Both the position numbers and the translations under genes were made by a program. The notes beneath the pieces were generated by a model that saw only the letters and a program-made list of their open reading frames with translations, was not told where the DNA came from and did no database searches. Below, piece by piece: positions 1-10,086 of a stretch of 64,000 nt of DNA. The stretch is from Thermoplasmata archaeon (GTDB lineage Archaea; Thermoplasmatota; Thermoplasmata; RBG-16-68-12; JAFNFQ01), in NCBI GenBank assembly GCA_041489255.1, contig JBGPQV010000010.1, forward strand, positions 29,125 to 93,124, given 5' to 3'. The first letter of the stretch is position 1. Every line of letters starts with the position of its first letter.

Positions 1-2
1 CA

Positions 3-1508
3 CCCTACTGGCACGCAACTCCTCCCATCACGATAAACGCCACCGCTGTGGACAACCTGAGCGGGGTGGCCGAAGTGACTCTTCTCTACGCCTACGTTCA
101 GTGTGACAACCTCACGTGGAAGGACTGGGGACCCTTCGACACGAAGAAAATACAGCCGTGGTCGTGGTCCTTCCCGTTCCCTGACGGGGCGGGTCACTAC
201 ATTTTCTACACCGGTTCCGAGGACGTCGCGGGCAACGCAGAGGCGGGAAAAACTGTCGTGGAAGCATCAGCGGGCTACGAGTGCATGCCGGACTACGCAC
301 CCACGAACCCGCTGCCGCAATCGCCGATGGTCATCGGCCTCTCCTTGCCTGTCCGACTCTCGGTCGATATCCGGAACTCTTGGGCCTTCGACGATGTCAT
401 CACCACTTTGGCTTTCTACAACGAGTCCTCGCCTCTTTCCCCGTTCTCCATGATTCAAGTCCCACCGATTCCAGCAGGAGGCGTCTCTGGGCCGTTCACC
501 GCCACATGGACTTCTCCCTCCACACCTTGCGACTGCCGTGTCGTGGCGAGCGTTGATTACTTTGACAACGCGACCGAGCTGAACGAGTCGAACAATTCGC
601 ATGCGTGGACGTTGAATGTGGTGAGCGGCCCTGAAACATCGTTCGTATTGGGGGTTCCCAACTATACCTCGACAAGCACGGTGGTGTACGTCAAGTCATC
701 TACACCCATCGACTTCTCCGTCCTCGACCAGAGCGGTCTCGGGATAAGGAACACCACGTACACGGTCGATGGCGGGAATACAGTCAACTACACCGCCACG
801 GGCACCTTCTTCCTGGCGGGGGAAGGAACGCACAAGATAGGGTGGCAATCCCTTGACTGGGCGGGGAACCTGGAACAGGTCGACTCGATGAACCTGACCG
901 TGGACGATTCTCCTCCAACCACGACGATCCACCAGAGCGACTCGCAGGCAACCACCGCCACCGCCTTCACCCTCTCCGCCACGGACTCGGGATGCGGGGT
1001 GAACGTCACAAAGTACAGTATCGATGGCGGGACTTGGGCGGTGTATTCAGGCGGTTTCACTCTACCAGAAGGTGAGCACAACATCTCCTACTACTCCAAC
1101 GACATGCTGAACAACACGGAGAGGGAGAGGTGGCTTGTGGTGGACGTGAGCGGACCTCAGATACCGCCAATCGAGGTGACCGTGAACTACAAGCCGATAT
1201 TGGCGGTGATGTTCGCGATCATCCTGCTAGTGGCGGGAGTCTGGTCTTCGAGGAAAAGACCGTGGAGGGGCGGGAAGGGCAGGATGGCGGTGATGAAGGC
1301 GTTCATGGTCACCTCGATGCCCTTCGTGCTCGCGGAGGCGGGAACCGGCGTGGTGTCTTTCCTCACCGGGCAGCTGTCGATACCGCCACTGGTTGGGACG
1401 GGCACTGCTGTTGACCTGGCGATTCTGGTTTCGGGACTTGTGGTCACCGTCCTCAGGGTCATGATGACGAAGCCACCAAAGACCAACGCCATCGACGAAC
1501 CCTTTTAG
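3..1508 (+). CDS. Cell-surface protein (5'-truncated by window edge): CARDB-like and Ig-like repeats, C-terminal membrane helices
   Basis: Frame is open from the window start. ELNESNN CARDB-like motif, repeated 'Y.S.D.AGN.E' Ig-like modules, three hydrophobic C-terminal segments. Confidence 0.85.
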   Translation, partial: PYWHATPPITINATAVDNLSGVAEVTLLYAYVQCDNLTWKDWGPFDTKKIQPWSWSFPFPDGAGHYIFYTGSEDVAGNAEAGKTVVEASAGYECMPDYAPTNPLPQSPMVIGLSLPVRLSVDIRNSWAFDDVITTLAFYNESSPLSPFSMIQVPPIPAGGVSGPFTATWTSPSTPCDCRVVASVDYFDNATELNESNNSHAWTLNVVSGPETSFVLGVPNYTSTSTVVYVKSSTPIDFSVLDQSGLGIRNTTYTVDGGNTVNYTATGTFFLAGEGTHKIGWQSLDWAGNLEQVDSMNLTVDDSPPTTTIHQSDSQATTATAFTLSATDSGCGVNVTKYSIDGGTWAVYSGGFTLPEGEHNISYYSNDMLNNTERERWLVVDVSGPQIPPIEVTVNYKPILAVMFAIILLVAGVWSSRKRPWRGGKGRMAVMKAFMVTSMPFVLAEAGTGVVSFLTGQLSIPPLVGTGTAVDLAILVSGLVVTVLRVMMTKPPKTNAIDEPF

Positions 1509-1546
1509 TACCGATTCGTCTTGGCTTCGCATGAGGAGAAGGACGA

Positions 1547-1789
1547 GTGCCCGCCAAGAAGACCCGCAGGGAAATCCTTGAGGCTGAGGGCTGGACCAGG
1601 CAGTTCATCGCCTCAGAGCCGAGGCTCAGCGAGGCCAAGGAAGTGTACGAGGAGATGGGTCTGGAAGTGAGGCTCGAACCCGTCGACAAGGGCGACCTCG
1701 ATCAGGAATGCAAGGATTGCTACGAAATGGACGAGAGCTGCCGCACGATATACACCAGGCCGAGAAGAGAAAGCAAGGGAGTCAGATGA
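1547..1789 (+). CDS. Small conserved hypothetical protein with CxxC, associated with AOR cluster
   Basis: GTG start after GAGGAG RBS; CKDC motif; stop overlaps next ATG (ATGA). Confidence 0.75.
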   Translation: MPAKKTRREILEAEGWTRQFIASEPRLSEAKEVYEEMGLEVRLEPVDKGDLDQECKDCYEMDESCRTIYTRPRRESKGVR

Positions 1790-3000
1790 GACTCATCATC
1801 ATAGGTGCAGGAGCTGCCGGACTGAGTGCGCTGAAGGCGATCCGCGAGATCGATTCCAGTTCTGAGATCACGATCGTGAAGAAGGAGAGCGTCCCGCCAT
1901 ACTCGCTGTCCTCGCTGCCGTTCAATCTGGCGGGAGAGATTAAAGACGAAAACATGAGCAGGTTCGACGACGACTACTTCCAGGTCATGAATGCCAATGT
2001 CGTGATCGGCAGGGCCAACGGCATTCTAACCGACGCCAAGAAGATTACCCTTGATGGCGGTAGGGAGATTGCCTATGACAAATTGCTGATAGCCTCAGGC
2101 TCCTCGGCGATAGTGCCGAGGATCAATGGCCTGGAAAAGGAGGGCGTGCACACCATGGGCTCGCTCTCCGACACCTATGAGCTGCGAGAGGCCGCCAAGT
2201 ATGCTGGCAAGATCGTCGTCATCGGTGCGGGCTTCGTCGGTCTAGAGGCCGCCATAGCCCTCAGGAAACTGGGGAAGGAGATCGTGGTCGTCGAGATGCT
2301 GGAGAGAGTCCTCCCGAGGATGCTGGACTCCGACATGGCGGCGATTGTGCAGAAGATGCTCGAATCCAATGGGATCGAGGTAAGACTTGGAGACCAGGTC
2401 AAGGAAGTGCTTGGAGATAAGAAGGCAACCGGGGTCATGCTCGGCAAAGGCGAAATCAAATGCGACCTCGTCGTGGTCGGAATCGGCGTGCGACCGAACA
2501 TCGAACTCGTCAAGGGCACGGCGGTAAAGACGAACATGGGCATAGTCGTCGACGACAAGATGCAGACCACGGTGAAAGATGTCTATGCGGCGGGAGATAT
2601 AGTCGAGACCCCGGACCCGCTCTCCGGGAAGACGCGCATCGCCGCCATCTGGCCCAACGCGATAGAGCAGGGTCGCGTGGCGGGCAGGAACATGGCGGGC
2701 GTGGAGACCCACTACCCCGGTCCGCTGTCGGTGAACGTCATCAACATCTTCGACGTGCCCGTCGTTGCCCTTGGACTGATGGCCTCCGATGTCGAGGGCG
2801 CGGAGTCTCTTGTCGTGAACCGTGGCGGGAACACGAGAAAGCTGATCATCAAAGACGACAAGGCGATTGGAGTTCAATCGATCGGCTATGTGAGGAACCT
2901 AGGCTTCCTCCTGGGATTGATCAACAAGGGCGAGACGCTCGGCGAGCTCAGGAATCGAGTGTTGGACGAGAGGTTCGCCTACCCGGTCGCAACCAGATAG
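1786..3000 (+). CDS. NAD(P)/FAD-dependent pyridine nucleotide oxidoreductase (NirB/CoA-disulfide-reductase-like fold)
   Basis: IIIGAGAAG FAD motif at ATG 1786, VVIGAGFVGLE NAD motif, VYAAGD motif. Confidence 0.9.
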   Translation: MRLIIIGAGAAGLSALKAIREIDSSSEITIVKKESVPPYSLSSLPFNLAGEIKDENMSRFDDDYFQVMNANVVIGRANGILTDAKKITLDGGREIAYDKLLIASGSSAIVPRINGLEKEGVHTMGSLSDTYELREAAKYAGKIVVIGAGFVGLEAAIALRKLGKEIVVVEMLERVLPRMLDSDMAAIVQKMLESNGIEVRLGDQVKEVLGDKKATGVMLGKGEIKCDLVVVGIGVRPNIELVKGTAVKTNMGIVVDDKMQTTVKDVYAAGDIVETPDPLSGKTRIAAIWPNAIEQGRVAGRNMAGVETHYPGPLSVNVINIFDVPVVALGLMASDVEGAESLVVNRGGNTRKLIIKDDKAIGVQSIGYVRNLGFLLGLINKGETLGELRNRVLDERFAYPVATR

Positions 3001-3452
3001 TGGCTGCCGTACAGCATCTTCTCAACGAAGTCTCTTCTTCGCCTCAGCAGCTCATCGGTGTCCTCTAGATACTCGATTGCCTTCGTTGCACAGAACTTGA
3101 CGCACGTAGGGTCGCCATTGCAGAGGTCGCACTGGACCAATTCCTTGCCCAGGACCGTTATCGCGGAGTACGGACAGATGATCGCGCAGAACCTGCAGCC
3201 GATGCACTTCTCCTTGTCGCGGACAATTCGTCCCTCGACTTTCGTGACCGCGTTCTGCGGGCACATCTTGACGCAGAGCGGGTCGTCGCACTGCATGCAG
3301 ACCAGCGGGACCTCGTACCTCCGGAACTCGTCGCGGACCACTGTGATGGCGGCTTTCTTCGGATTGTTCTCTCCGAACTTCTTCAGCGAGCACGCGATTG
3401 AACACTGCCTGCAGCCCGTGCACAGCTCCGGGTGCATGTAGATGTGCTTCAT
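2979..3452 (-). CDS. 4Fe-4S dicluster (DmsB/HydN-like) electron-transfer subunit of AOR
   Basis: Four Cys clusters (CTGCRQCSIAC, CMQCDDPLCVKMCP, CIGCRFCAIICP, CDLC...CVKFC); coupled to the AOR stop codon. Confidence 0.92.
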   Translation of the reverse strand: MKHIYMHPELCTGCRQCSIACSLKKFGENNPKKAAITVVRDEFRRYEVPLVCMQCDDPLCVKMCPQNAVTKVEGRIVRDKEKCIGCRFCAIICPYSAITVLGKELVQCDLCNGDPTCVKFCATKAIEYLEDTDELLRRRRDFVEKMLYGSHYLVATG

Positions 3453-5278
3453 CAGATCGCCTCCAGCTCTGCCTTCCGGGCCTCGGGCACGGTGCCGTCC
3501 TCATTCCATCCCCTGAGCTTGTAGTACCTGCTGAGCATCCCGTCGAACTCCTTCCGGTCGATGTGGTGCCCCTTGGCCAGCCCGAGCGGCATCGGGTCGT
3601 CGAAGTACCTCTTGGGGAGCGTGTCGTCCTTCCTCGTCACGCCCTCCCTGATGTTGATCAGGCGTTCCGTGTCGATCACCCTCTTCCCGACCTCCTGAAG
3701 CTCCGCCTCGCTCATGTCCCAGCCCGCCGCGGCCTTGATCAGCCCGCTGAAGTGCTCGTACTTCAGGAAGTGAGGGCTGTTGAACCCGTGACAGATGAAC
3801 TTGCAGAGGCCGAGGCAGTCTATCGTCGCGAAGATGTTGTCAGAGAAGTAGACCGCCTTTTCCTTCCCTACATAGGATGACGGGTCAGTCACGACGCCCT
3901 TGCCGTAGATCTTCTCCTTGGCCTCCAGGGGGAGCTTGAGGAATATCTCGAGCGTCGGCCTGCTCCTCAGGTGGTCCGCGCCCCTCGATGCAGTCGCGAT
4001 TCCTAGTGCGAACGCCTTGATGTACCTCACATCGTGTGGGTCGCTTTGCGGGAGGTTCTTGACGGCGATGAGGTAGTCCCTCGACTTCTCGCCGAATATT
4101 TTCGCGGCCTGGGTGCTTTCCGCCAGGTCGTTCCCGAATTCCTCCCGTCTAGAGATCATGTGCAGGAGCCTCTTCGCCAGTTCGAAGTCCCCGAATCTGA
4201 GCGCCTCGCCGGTCATCTTATCGTTGATTACGCCCTTCTCGTAGAGCTCGAACGCCCATGCGAGTATCGTCCCCGCCGAGGAAATGTCCAGACCGAGGTC
4301 GTTGCAGACGTTGCTCAGCTCGATGACGTTGGCGGTGTTCTCGATCCCCAGGTTCGAGCCTAGCAGGCCGAGCGCGGTGTATTCAGGCCCCTCACCGCCG
4401 AGCGTGTTCCTGTGGCGGCAGTGGACGAAGCAGTCGGCGCACGCGACCATCTTCTCCACGAACTTGTGAACATTCTCTGCGTCCAGCGAATCGCTCCACT
4501 GGTTGAACTGACTGTTCTTGGTCCTGATGGCCCCGAGGGCGTTGCTGACCTCGTAGAGGAGAGGAGTGCCCATTGTGCCGAGTATCGGAGTAATCTTTGA
4601 AGACATCAGATATTCCTTGAGCTCGAGCACGTAGTTCAGCATCTTCTCCGGACTAGCGATCTGGATGCCGAGAGTCCCGCTCGCGACGACCGCCTTGATG
4701 TTCTTCGAGCCCATGACCGCTCCCATGCCGCCGCGGCCCGCCGCGTTCTTGACGCCGGTGCGGACATTGGCGAAGCGAACCATCTTCTCTCCCGCCACGC
4801 CGCAGACGACCATCTCGCAGTCTCCGACTTCCTGTCTTATCGACTTCTGCGCGTCGTTGGTGTCCAGGCCCCAGTGGTCCTTCGCGTCGCGGATTTGGAT
4901 CGAGCCGTCGTTGACCAGCAAGTAGGATGGCTTTTTCGCCCTTCCCAAGAGGATGAGCCTATCGAAGCCCGCGTACCTGAGCTCGGGCCCGAAGAACCCG
5001 CCGCAGTTCGCGTCCCCGAGGATCATCGACTCGGGCGACTTCGCGCTGACGCTGAACCTGCTCGAGCTCGGCGAGGACGTGCCCGTCAAGAAGCCGGTGC
5101 CGAAGATCAGCACGTTGTCGGGCGAGAGCGGGTCCACGCCCTTGTGCAGCATCTTGAGGAGGTAATGCATGTTCAGCCCCCTACCGCCGAGGTACTTCCT
5201 CCGCAGCGAGTCAGGGACCTCCTGCACAGTGACCTTCTCCTTCGTCAAGTCGACAATCCCGAGCTTGCGCTTGTGCAC
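3452..5278 (-). CDS. aor: Aldehyde:ferredoxin oxidoreductase family (tungstopterin) catalytic subunit
   Basis: YLGGRGL, AAGRGGMGAVMGSKNIKA, CADCFVHC, GPEY, DLGLD, RGADHL motifs. Confidence 0.93.
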   Translation of the reverse strand: MHKRKLGIVDLTKEKVTVQEVPDSLRRKYLGGRGLNMHYLLKMLHKGVDPLSPDNVLIFGTGFLTGTSSPSSSRFSVSAKSPESMILGDANCGGFFGPELRYAGFDRLILLGRAKKPSYLLVNDGSIQIRDAKDHWGLDTNDAQKSIRQEVGDCEMVVCGVAGEKMVRFANVRTGVKNAAGRGGMGAVMGSKNIKAVVASGTLGIQIASPEKMLNYVLELKEYLMSSKITPILGTMGTPLLYEVSNALGAIRTKNSQFNQWSDSLDAENVHKFVEKMVACADCFVHCRHRNTLGGEGPEYTALGLLGSNLGIENTANVIELSNVCNDLGLDISSAGTILAWAFELYEKGVINDKMTGEALRFGDFELAKRLLHMISRREEFGNDLAESTQAAKIFGEKSRDYLIAVKNLPQSDPHDVRYIKAFALGIATASRGADHLRSRPTLEIFLKLPLEAKEKIYGKGVVTDPSSYVGKEKAVYFSDNIFATIDCLGLCKFICHGFNSPHFLKYEHFSGLIKAAAGWDMSEAELQEVGKRVIDTERLINIREGVTRKDDTLPKRYFDDPMPLGLAKGHHIDRKEFDGMLSRYYKLRGWNEDGTVPEARKAELEAI

Positions 5279-5293
5279 CGACTCACTCCTCTC

Positions 5294-5572
5294 TCAGCCA
5301 CCCGCGATGGCGACCATCATCATTACCTCGTCACCGTCGCGGAGGACAGCGGTCTTCTCCGTCTCCGAGGTCACCGGCACCTGGTTGATGAATATGTTGA
5401 GGTGGTCGCGGATTTTGCCTTCCTTGTCGAACAACTCGTCCCTCATACCCGGGTACTCGCCGCACAGCTTGTTCAGCAGGCTGACGATGTTCCCGCGGTC
5501 GGGGGACACATTGACCTCGCTGCGTCCCGCGATCTTGCTGAACGGCTGGAACAGCTTCACTTTCAGGTTCAA
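5294..5572 (-). CDS. MoaD/ThiS family sulfur carrier / ubiquitin-like small protein
   Basis: Beta-grasp pattern, LRDGDEV, C-terminal di-glycine AIAGG. Confidence 0.9.
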   Translation of the reverse strand: MNLKVKLFQPFSKIAGRSEVNVSPDRGNIVSLLNKLCGEYPGMRDELFDKEGKIRDHLNIFINQVPVTSETEKTAVLRDGDEVMMMVAIAGG

Positions 5573-5729
5573 ATGGCGACCCCTGTGGCCCTTTTCCTTA
5601 GGAAGGTCGATTCTGTCTTAAACCTTGGCGACTAGAGAATACTTGTTTGGCGGGAATAGCCGCGTCATTTCCTCGCGGAAACATATAAACAGAGGCGTCA
5701 TATGGCGCATCGCCCCAGAGGGCAGCTGC

Positions 5730-7292
5730 ATGAGCTGGCTCACGATAGGAGAGGCCGTAAGGGTCAACGCCGGGAAATACCCCGACAAGCTGGCGTTCAA
5801 AGACGAGAGGCGTTCCCTCACATTCAAACAGCTTGACGAGAGGACGAACAGGCTGGCGAACGCACTGCTGGGGCTCGGACTGAAGAAGGGCGACAAGCTC
5901 TCAGTCGTGCTGCAGAACTGCCTGGAGTTCGTTGAGGTCTACCTGGCGGGTGCAAAGGCGGGCATCGTGGTGGCGCCTGTGAATTGGCGTCTGGCTCCTC
6001 TTGAGGCGCAATACGTCGTGAACAACTCCGACGCCAGGGCCTTGATAACCTGCGTCGATTGCTTCCCGCTCGTCGAGGAGTTCAGGCACAAGGTGAAGAT
6101 CGACCCGGGCATGTTCATCCACGTCGGCGAGAAGGCCCCTAAGGGCTACCAGGACTATGAGCAGCTCATCGCGCGGGCAGACGCTGGCCCCCCCGCGGTC
6201 GAGGTCAAGGGCGAGGACGCCTGGGTGATTCTGCACACCTCAGGCACGACCGGCACGCCGAAGGGCGTCGTGCGCTCGCATGAGTCCTACTCTGCCTTCT
6301 TCCTCATCAACGAGGTGGAGTTCAGCTTCAAGCCCGACGACTACGCGCTCGTAATGATGCCCCTTTTCCACGTCAATTCCACCTTCTACTCCTTCGTCTT
6401 CACCTACATCGGAGCGGCGGTTTACATCCACAGAGAGAGGAAGTTCGACCCTGCCGAGGTCCTTCGGATAATCGAGAAGGAGCGCATCACCTTCAGCTCG
6501 ATGATACCGACTCACTATGCCCTGATCTTCGGCCTGTCCGAGGACGAAAGGAAGAGGCACGATGTGAGTTCTGTGCGAACCCTCCTGACTTCATCCGCCC
6601 CTGTCCGGCGCGACATGAAGCTCGCGATCATGGACTATTTCAAGGGAGCGCTCCTCTTCGAGGCGTACGGCTCGACCGAGGCGGGCCTCGTCACCCTCCT
6701 CAGGCCAGAGGACCAGTTCAAGCGGCTCGAGTCGATAGGGAAGGAGTGCATCGGCGCCGACTCGATCAAGCTGCTCGACGACAAGGGGCGCGAGGTCGGA
6801 GTCGGGGACATCGGGGAGCTTTACTCCCGCGGACCGATGATGTTCGATTCGTACTGCAAGCTGCCAGAGAAGACGAAGGCATCGAGGCGCGGCGACTACT
6901 TCAGCGCGGGCGACCTGGCCAGGCGGGACAAGGAGGGATTCTACTACCTGGTCGACAGGAAGGACAATATGATAATCACCGGCGGCGAGCACGTCTACCC
7001 GTCGGAGGTGGAGAAGGTCATCGGCGCGCACCCGGCGGTCAGGGAAGTGGCGGTGGTCGGGCTGCCACACGAGAAGTGGGGCGAGGCTGTCACGGCGGTG
7101 ATCGTCCTGAAGGAAAACAAGACCGCGACCGAGGACGAGATAATGGACTACTGCAAGGATAAGATCGCCGCGTTCAAGAAGCCGAAGAAGGTCATTTTCG
7201 TGGAGGACTCCAAGATTCCCAGGACGACGACAGGGAAGATAGTCCACCGCCATCTGAGGGCGAGGCTCCACGAAGAGTCTCTGAAAGGGTGA
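5730..7292 (+). CDS. Acyl-CoA synthetase / long-chain fatty acid--CoA ligase
   Basis: HTSGTTGTPKG, YGSTE, GDLA, DRKDNMIITGGEHVYP, PRTTTGK adenylation motifs; likely start ATG 5730. Confidence 0.92.
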   Translation: MSWLTIGEAVRVNAGKYPDKLAFKDERRSLTFKQLDERTNRLANALLGLGLKKGDKLSVVLQNCLEFVEVYLAGAKAGIVVAPVNWRLAPLEAQYVVNNSDARALITCVDCFPLVEEFRHKVKIDPGMFIHVGEKAPKGYQDYEQLIARADAGPPAVEVKGEDAWVILHTSGTTGTPKGVVRSHESYSAFFLINEVEFSFKPDDYALVMMPLFHVNSTFYSFVFTYIGAAVYIHRERKFDPAEVLRIIEKERITFSSMIPTHYALIFGLSEDERKRHDVSSVRTLLTSSAPVRRDMKLAIMDYFKGALLFEAYGSTEAGLVTLLRPEDQFKRLESIGKECIGADSIKLLDDKGREVGVGDIGELYSRGPMMFDSYCKLPEKTKASRRGDYFSAGDLARRDKEGFYYLVDRKDNMIITGGEHVYPSEVEKVIGAHPAVREVAVVGLPHEKWGEAVTAVIVLKENKTATEDEIMDYCKDKIAAFKKPKKVIFVEDSKIPRTTTGKIVHRHLRARLHEESLKG

Positions 7293-7304
7293 GCCGCAGA
7301 ACGC

Positions 7305-8147
7305 TCAGGCCGCCCTGAGCGACCGGAGAAGGCCCAGGTTCCTTTTGTTCCACCCGCCAACATCCGGAGTCTCGATGTTACCTGGGTGGTCGCGGAACCG
7401 CAGGTCGTTCATCAGGAGACGGAAAGGATCCTTCCCCAGCATGCCCCGCCCGATATGCTGATGCCTGTCCAGGTGAGATCCGAGCTCCCCCACAGAATCG
7501 TTGAGATGAAAGGCTTTCAGGCGCGCGAGCCCGACCGCGGAATCGAACCTCTCGAGGACCTCTTCGAATCCATGTTCAGTCCTGATGTCGTGACCTGCTC
7601 CGAAAGCATGACACGTGTCGAAGCACACCGCCAGCCGATCGCCGTGCTCCGCCTGGTCGATAATCGACCTGAGCTGCTCGAACGTGTGGCCGACCACGGA
7701 CCCCTGACCGGCGGTGTTCTCTAGGCACAGTGTCACATCAGGGGCATCCGCTTTGTTGATGCACCAGTCCAAGCTCTCCGCGATTCTCTTGATGGCGTAT
7801 TTTTCCCCCATGCCCAAGTGCGCCCCGGGGTGGAAAACCAAGAACGGCACGCCCAGTCTCTGGGCGCGGGTCATCTCGTCCGCGAAGGCGCTCCTGTAGA
7901 GCTTCACCATCCTGGCTTTCGGGGACGCGAGGTTGATGAGGTAATTGTCGTGGATCACAGGCTTCGAGAGGTCAGAGGACCTCAATGCGTCTCGGAATCT
8001 CGCCGCCGCCTCTTCCTCCAGAGGTTTCGCCCTCAGGCTCCGGGGACTCCTCGCGAATATTTGGAAAGTCTCGCACTTGAGCGATCTCGCGCGGGCCACC
8101 GCCAGCTCGATGCCTTCCGCGATTGAGACGTGGGCTCCGATTAGCAT
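7305..8147 (-). CDS. nfo: Endonuclease IV (AP endonuclease)
   Basis: IGAHVS, YLINLAS, FHPG, LENTAGQG, CFDTCH, HLNDS, DRHQHIG, ETP. Confidence 0.95.
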   Translation of the reverse strand: MLIGAHVSIAEGIELAVARARSLKCETFQIFARSPRSLRAKPLEEEAAARFRDALRSSDLSKPVIHDNYLINLASPKARMVKLYRSAFADEMTRAQRLGVPFLVFHPGAHLGMGEKYAIKRIAESLDWCINKADAPDVTLCLENTAGQGSVVGHTFEQLRSIIDQAEHGDRLAVCFDTCHAFGAGHDIRTEHGFEEVLERFDSAVGLARLKAFHLNDSVGELGSHLDRHQHIGRGMLGKDPFRLLMNDLRFRDHPGNIETPDVGGWNKRNLGLLRSLRAA

Positions 8148-8352
8148 CTGAATCCTTGCGGGAGAATGCCGGGTTCGGGTAAAAAGATTGGGCAATCAAC
8201 CGATCCGCCTCATCGGCGGCAGCGAAGGCGCAATCGTGTTTCAAGGCGAAGCCCTAAATAGCGAGCAATTGATGAACTGAACAATCGGTCAAACCTCATC
8301 TGGATTGTTCAAGTAGCCCGATCAGGGCCGACAAGGCGGGAAGAGGAAAAGG

Positions 8353-9636
8353 ATGCGCGCAGCTGGATTCGGCAAACCCACCGCAACGCACACTCGCAGC
8401 GGGCACCTACTGCTCATGATGTTCATGGGAAGTCCGAGGCGCAAGGTGGAGGCAGAACCGCCAATCGAGTCACCGGAGGAGGCGAGGCGCCTGGTCTCCG
8501 AGATCTCCGACCTGACTGAGAGAGTGAGGCGCGTCCCCGGGCTGGAGGAGGGCAAGGTCGAGGAGATTGAGCGGAGCGAGGACAAGATATTGCGAGAATA
8601 CTCCGAGATGAACCCCAGGAAGCGCAGCCGTTTCCTGAGGGACCTAGGTGAATTGGCGGCGACAGTCGATTCCGGCCACAAAGACGGAATACTGTCCGAC
8701 AAGCAGTTCAAAATGCTTGAGATCATGATCAAGAAGACGAGGATGAGGGATTTCTTCGTCGCGAGGAGATTGCTGATCAAGTTCGCCAAGCCCCTCGAGC
8801 TGAAGAAGGAGAGGGACGCCAAGCTGGAGCGATACAGGTCTTATCACAGGAAGCTCGAAGCGCGCGGAAAGGACCTGAGGTCGGAGATAGCCAGGATGAA
8901 GAGCGTCCCCATGCCCGAGAAATCGCCCGAGGACGTCGCCGCCGCCAGGAACGCGGTCGAGGAGTACAATGAGGCGGCCGCGCACGCGCTCGTGGACTTC
9001 TTCGCTCACGCACCGTGCGTCGAGGCCATATCGTTCGCTCTCGAGGCCTCGCCGGTCCCGGAGCTGAACGTGCCAGCCCCCAAGAGCCGCGAGTCCGTGA
9101 AGGAGCTCGTGCAGGCGCTCCAGGAAGAGCATGTCAAGGGGGCATTCGGGAAGGAGAACATGGCCAAGCTCGTCGAAGCCGCAGCGTATTCGGAGAAACG
9201 TCTGGAGCATTTCGTGAAGGACTTCAAATGGTTCCAGAGGCAGCTGCAGGAAAACGTCGGATGGCTGTCGGAACTCACTGCGGCCCGGAGCGGCGCTCTG
9301 AGGATTGCCTGGCCCGATCCCGCGGAGCAGGTCATGATGCGCATCTCGGTCATCGAACCGTTTCTGGGGAGATTGCCTCGGGGAGAAAGGGCAATCCAAG
9401 CGCTGGCGAATCTCAGGGGGATGCTCGACGCGGGCGACTACGAGGCATGCCTGAGGAGCGAGACCGTCTACAAATCTCAGGGCGAAGCGGCGGTGGCGCG
9501 ATTCAGGGGAACCCTCGACGAAGACATAAGCAGACATGAATCGGAGCTGGCGAATATCCGGAGGCAGCTGGCGGAACTGCCCGGCACGGACAAGCTTGTG
9601 GCCAGGGCCCCGGCGCGAGGTCCGGCAGCTGACTGA
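8353..9636 (+). CDS. Hypothetical alpha-helical/coiled-coil protein (start may be ~8416)
   Basis: Long ORF with host codon usage, charged heptad-like segments; no recognisable family. Confidence 0.7.
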   Translation: MRAAGFGKPTATHTRSGHLLLMMFMGSPRRKVEAEPPIESPEEARRLVSEISDLTERVRRVPGLEEGKVEEIERSEDKILREYSEMNPRKRSRFLRDLGELAATVDSGHKDGILSDKQFKMLEIMIKKTRMRDFFVARRLLIKFAKPLELKKERDAKLERYRSYHRKLEARGKDLRSEIARMKSVPMPEKSPEDVAAARNAVEEYNEAAAHALVDFFAHAPCVEAISFALEASPVPELNVPAPKSRESVKELVQALQEEHVKGAFGKENMAKLVEAAAYSEKRLEHFVKDFKWFQRQLQENVGWLSELTAARSGALRIAWPDPAEQVMMRISVIEPFLGRLPRGERAIQALANLRGMLDAGDYEACLRSETVYKSQGEAAVARFRGTLDEDISRHESELANIRRQLAELPGTDKLVARAPARGPAAD

Positions 9637-9707
9637 GGCTCATTTTGCGCTCGCGTAACCACTCCGTCTGCTTTATCTCCCAGAACACTTTCCCGCATCT
9701 GGTGTCA

Positions 9708-10085
9708 GTGCATCGCCCTAGCTCCGTGCTGAGGTGCCATTTCTGCGGCAACCAGCTCTCGCTCGCCCAGGCGCTCGAGCTGCACGAGGGCGAGGGCTAC
9801 TTCTATGTGTGCGAGCACTGCGCTATGTCGCTCGACCCCCTGAGTCTGAAGCAGGTCACCTGCTACAGGTGCGCGGCCGAGGGGAACAGGACAAGGTCGC
9901 TCGCGACCTGCGACATGTGCAAGAAGGGCATCTGCGCCTCTCACCATGTCGACATGCACTCCGAGAACCCCGCTGGCCCAAACCGCCGCGTCTCCATGTA
10001 CGAGCCTGCCCTGATGATGCCCGGCGGGAAGAGGCGGGTGCTCTGCGATGTCTGTGCGGCGGCGCTCGGTGAGGAGGAAGAGTAG
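9708..10085 (+). CDS. Cys-rich zinc-binding protein, DUF2180-like with an extra N-terminal CxxC pair
   Basis: CHFC...CEHC then CYRC...CDMC.KGICASH...LCDVC; start codon uncertain. Confidence 0.7.
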   Translation: MHRPSSVLRCHFCGNQLSLAQALELHEGEGYFYVCEHCAMSLDPLSLKQVTCYRCAAEGNRTRSLATCDMCKKGICASHHVDMHSENPAGPNRRVSMYEPALMMPGGKRRVLCDVCAAALGEEEE

Positions 10086-10086
10086 G

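Noticed and set aside
5294-5572. Ubiquitin-like modifier working with the RING-like protein at 61552
   Set aside because: It is 56 kb away and embedded in the AOR operon, where a MoaD-type cofactor role is expected.
8269-8325. C/D-box sRNA (TGATGA followed by CTGA)
   Set aside because: The C and D motifs are adjacent, without guide-length spacing or a terminal D box.
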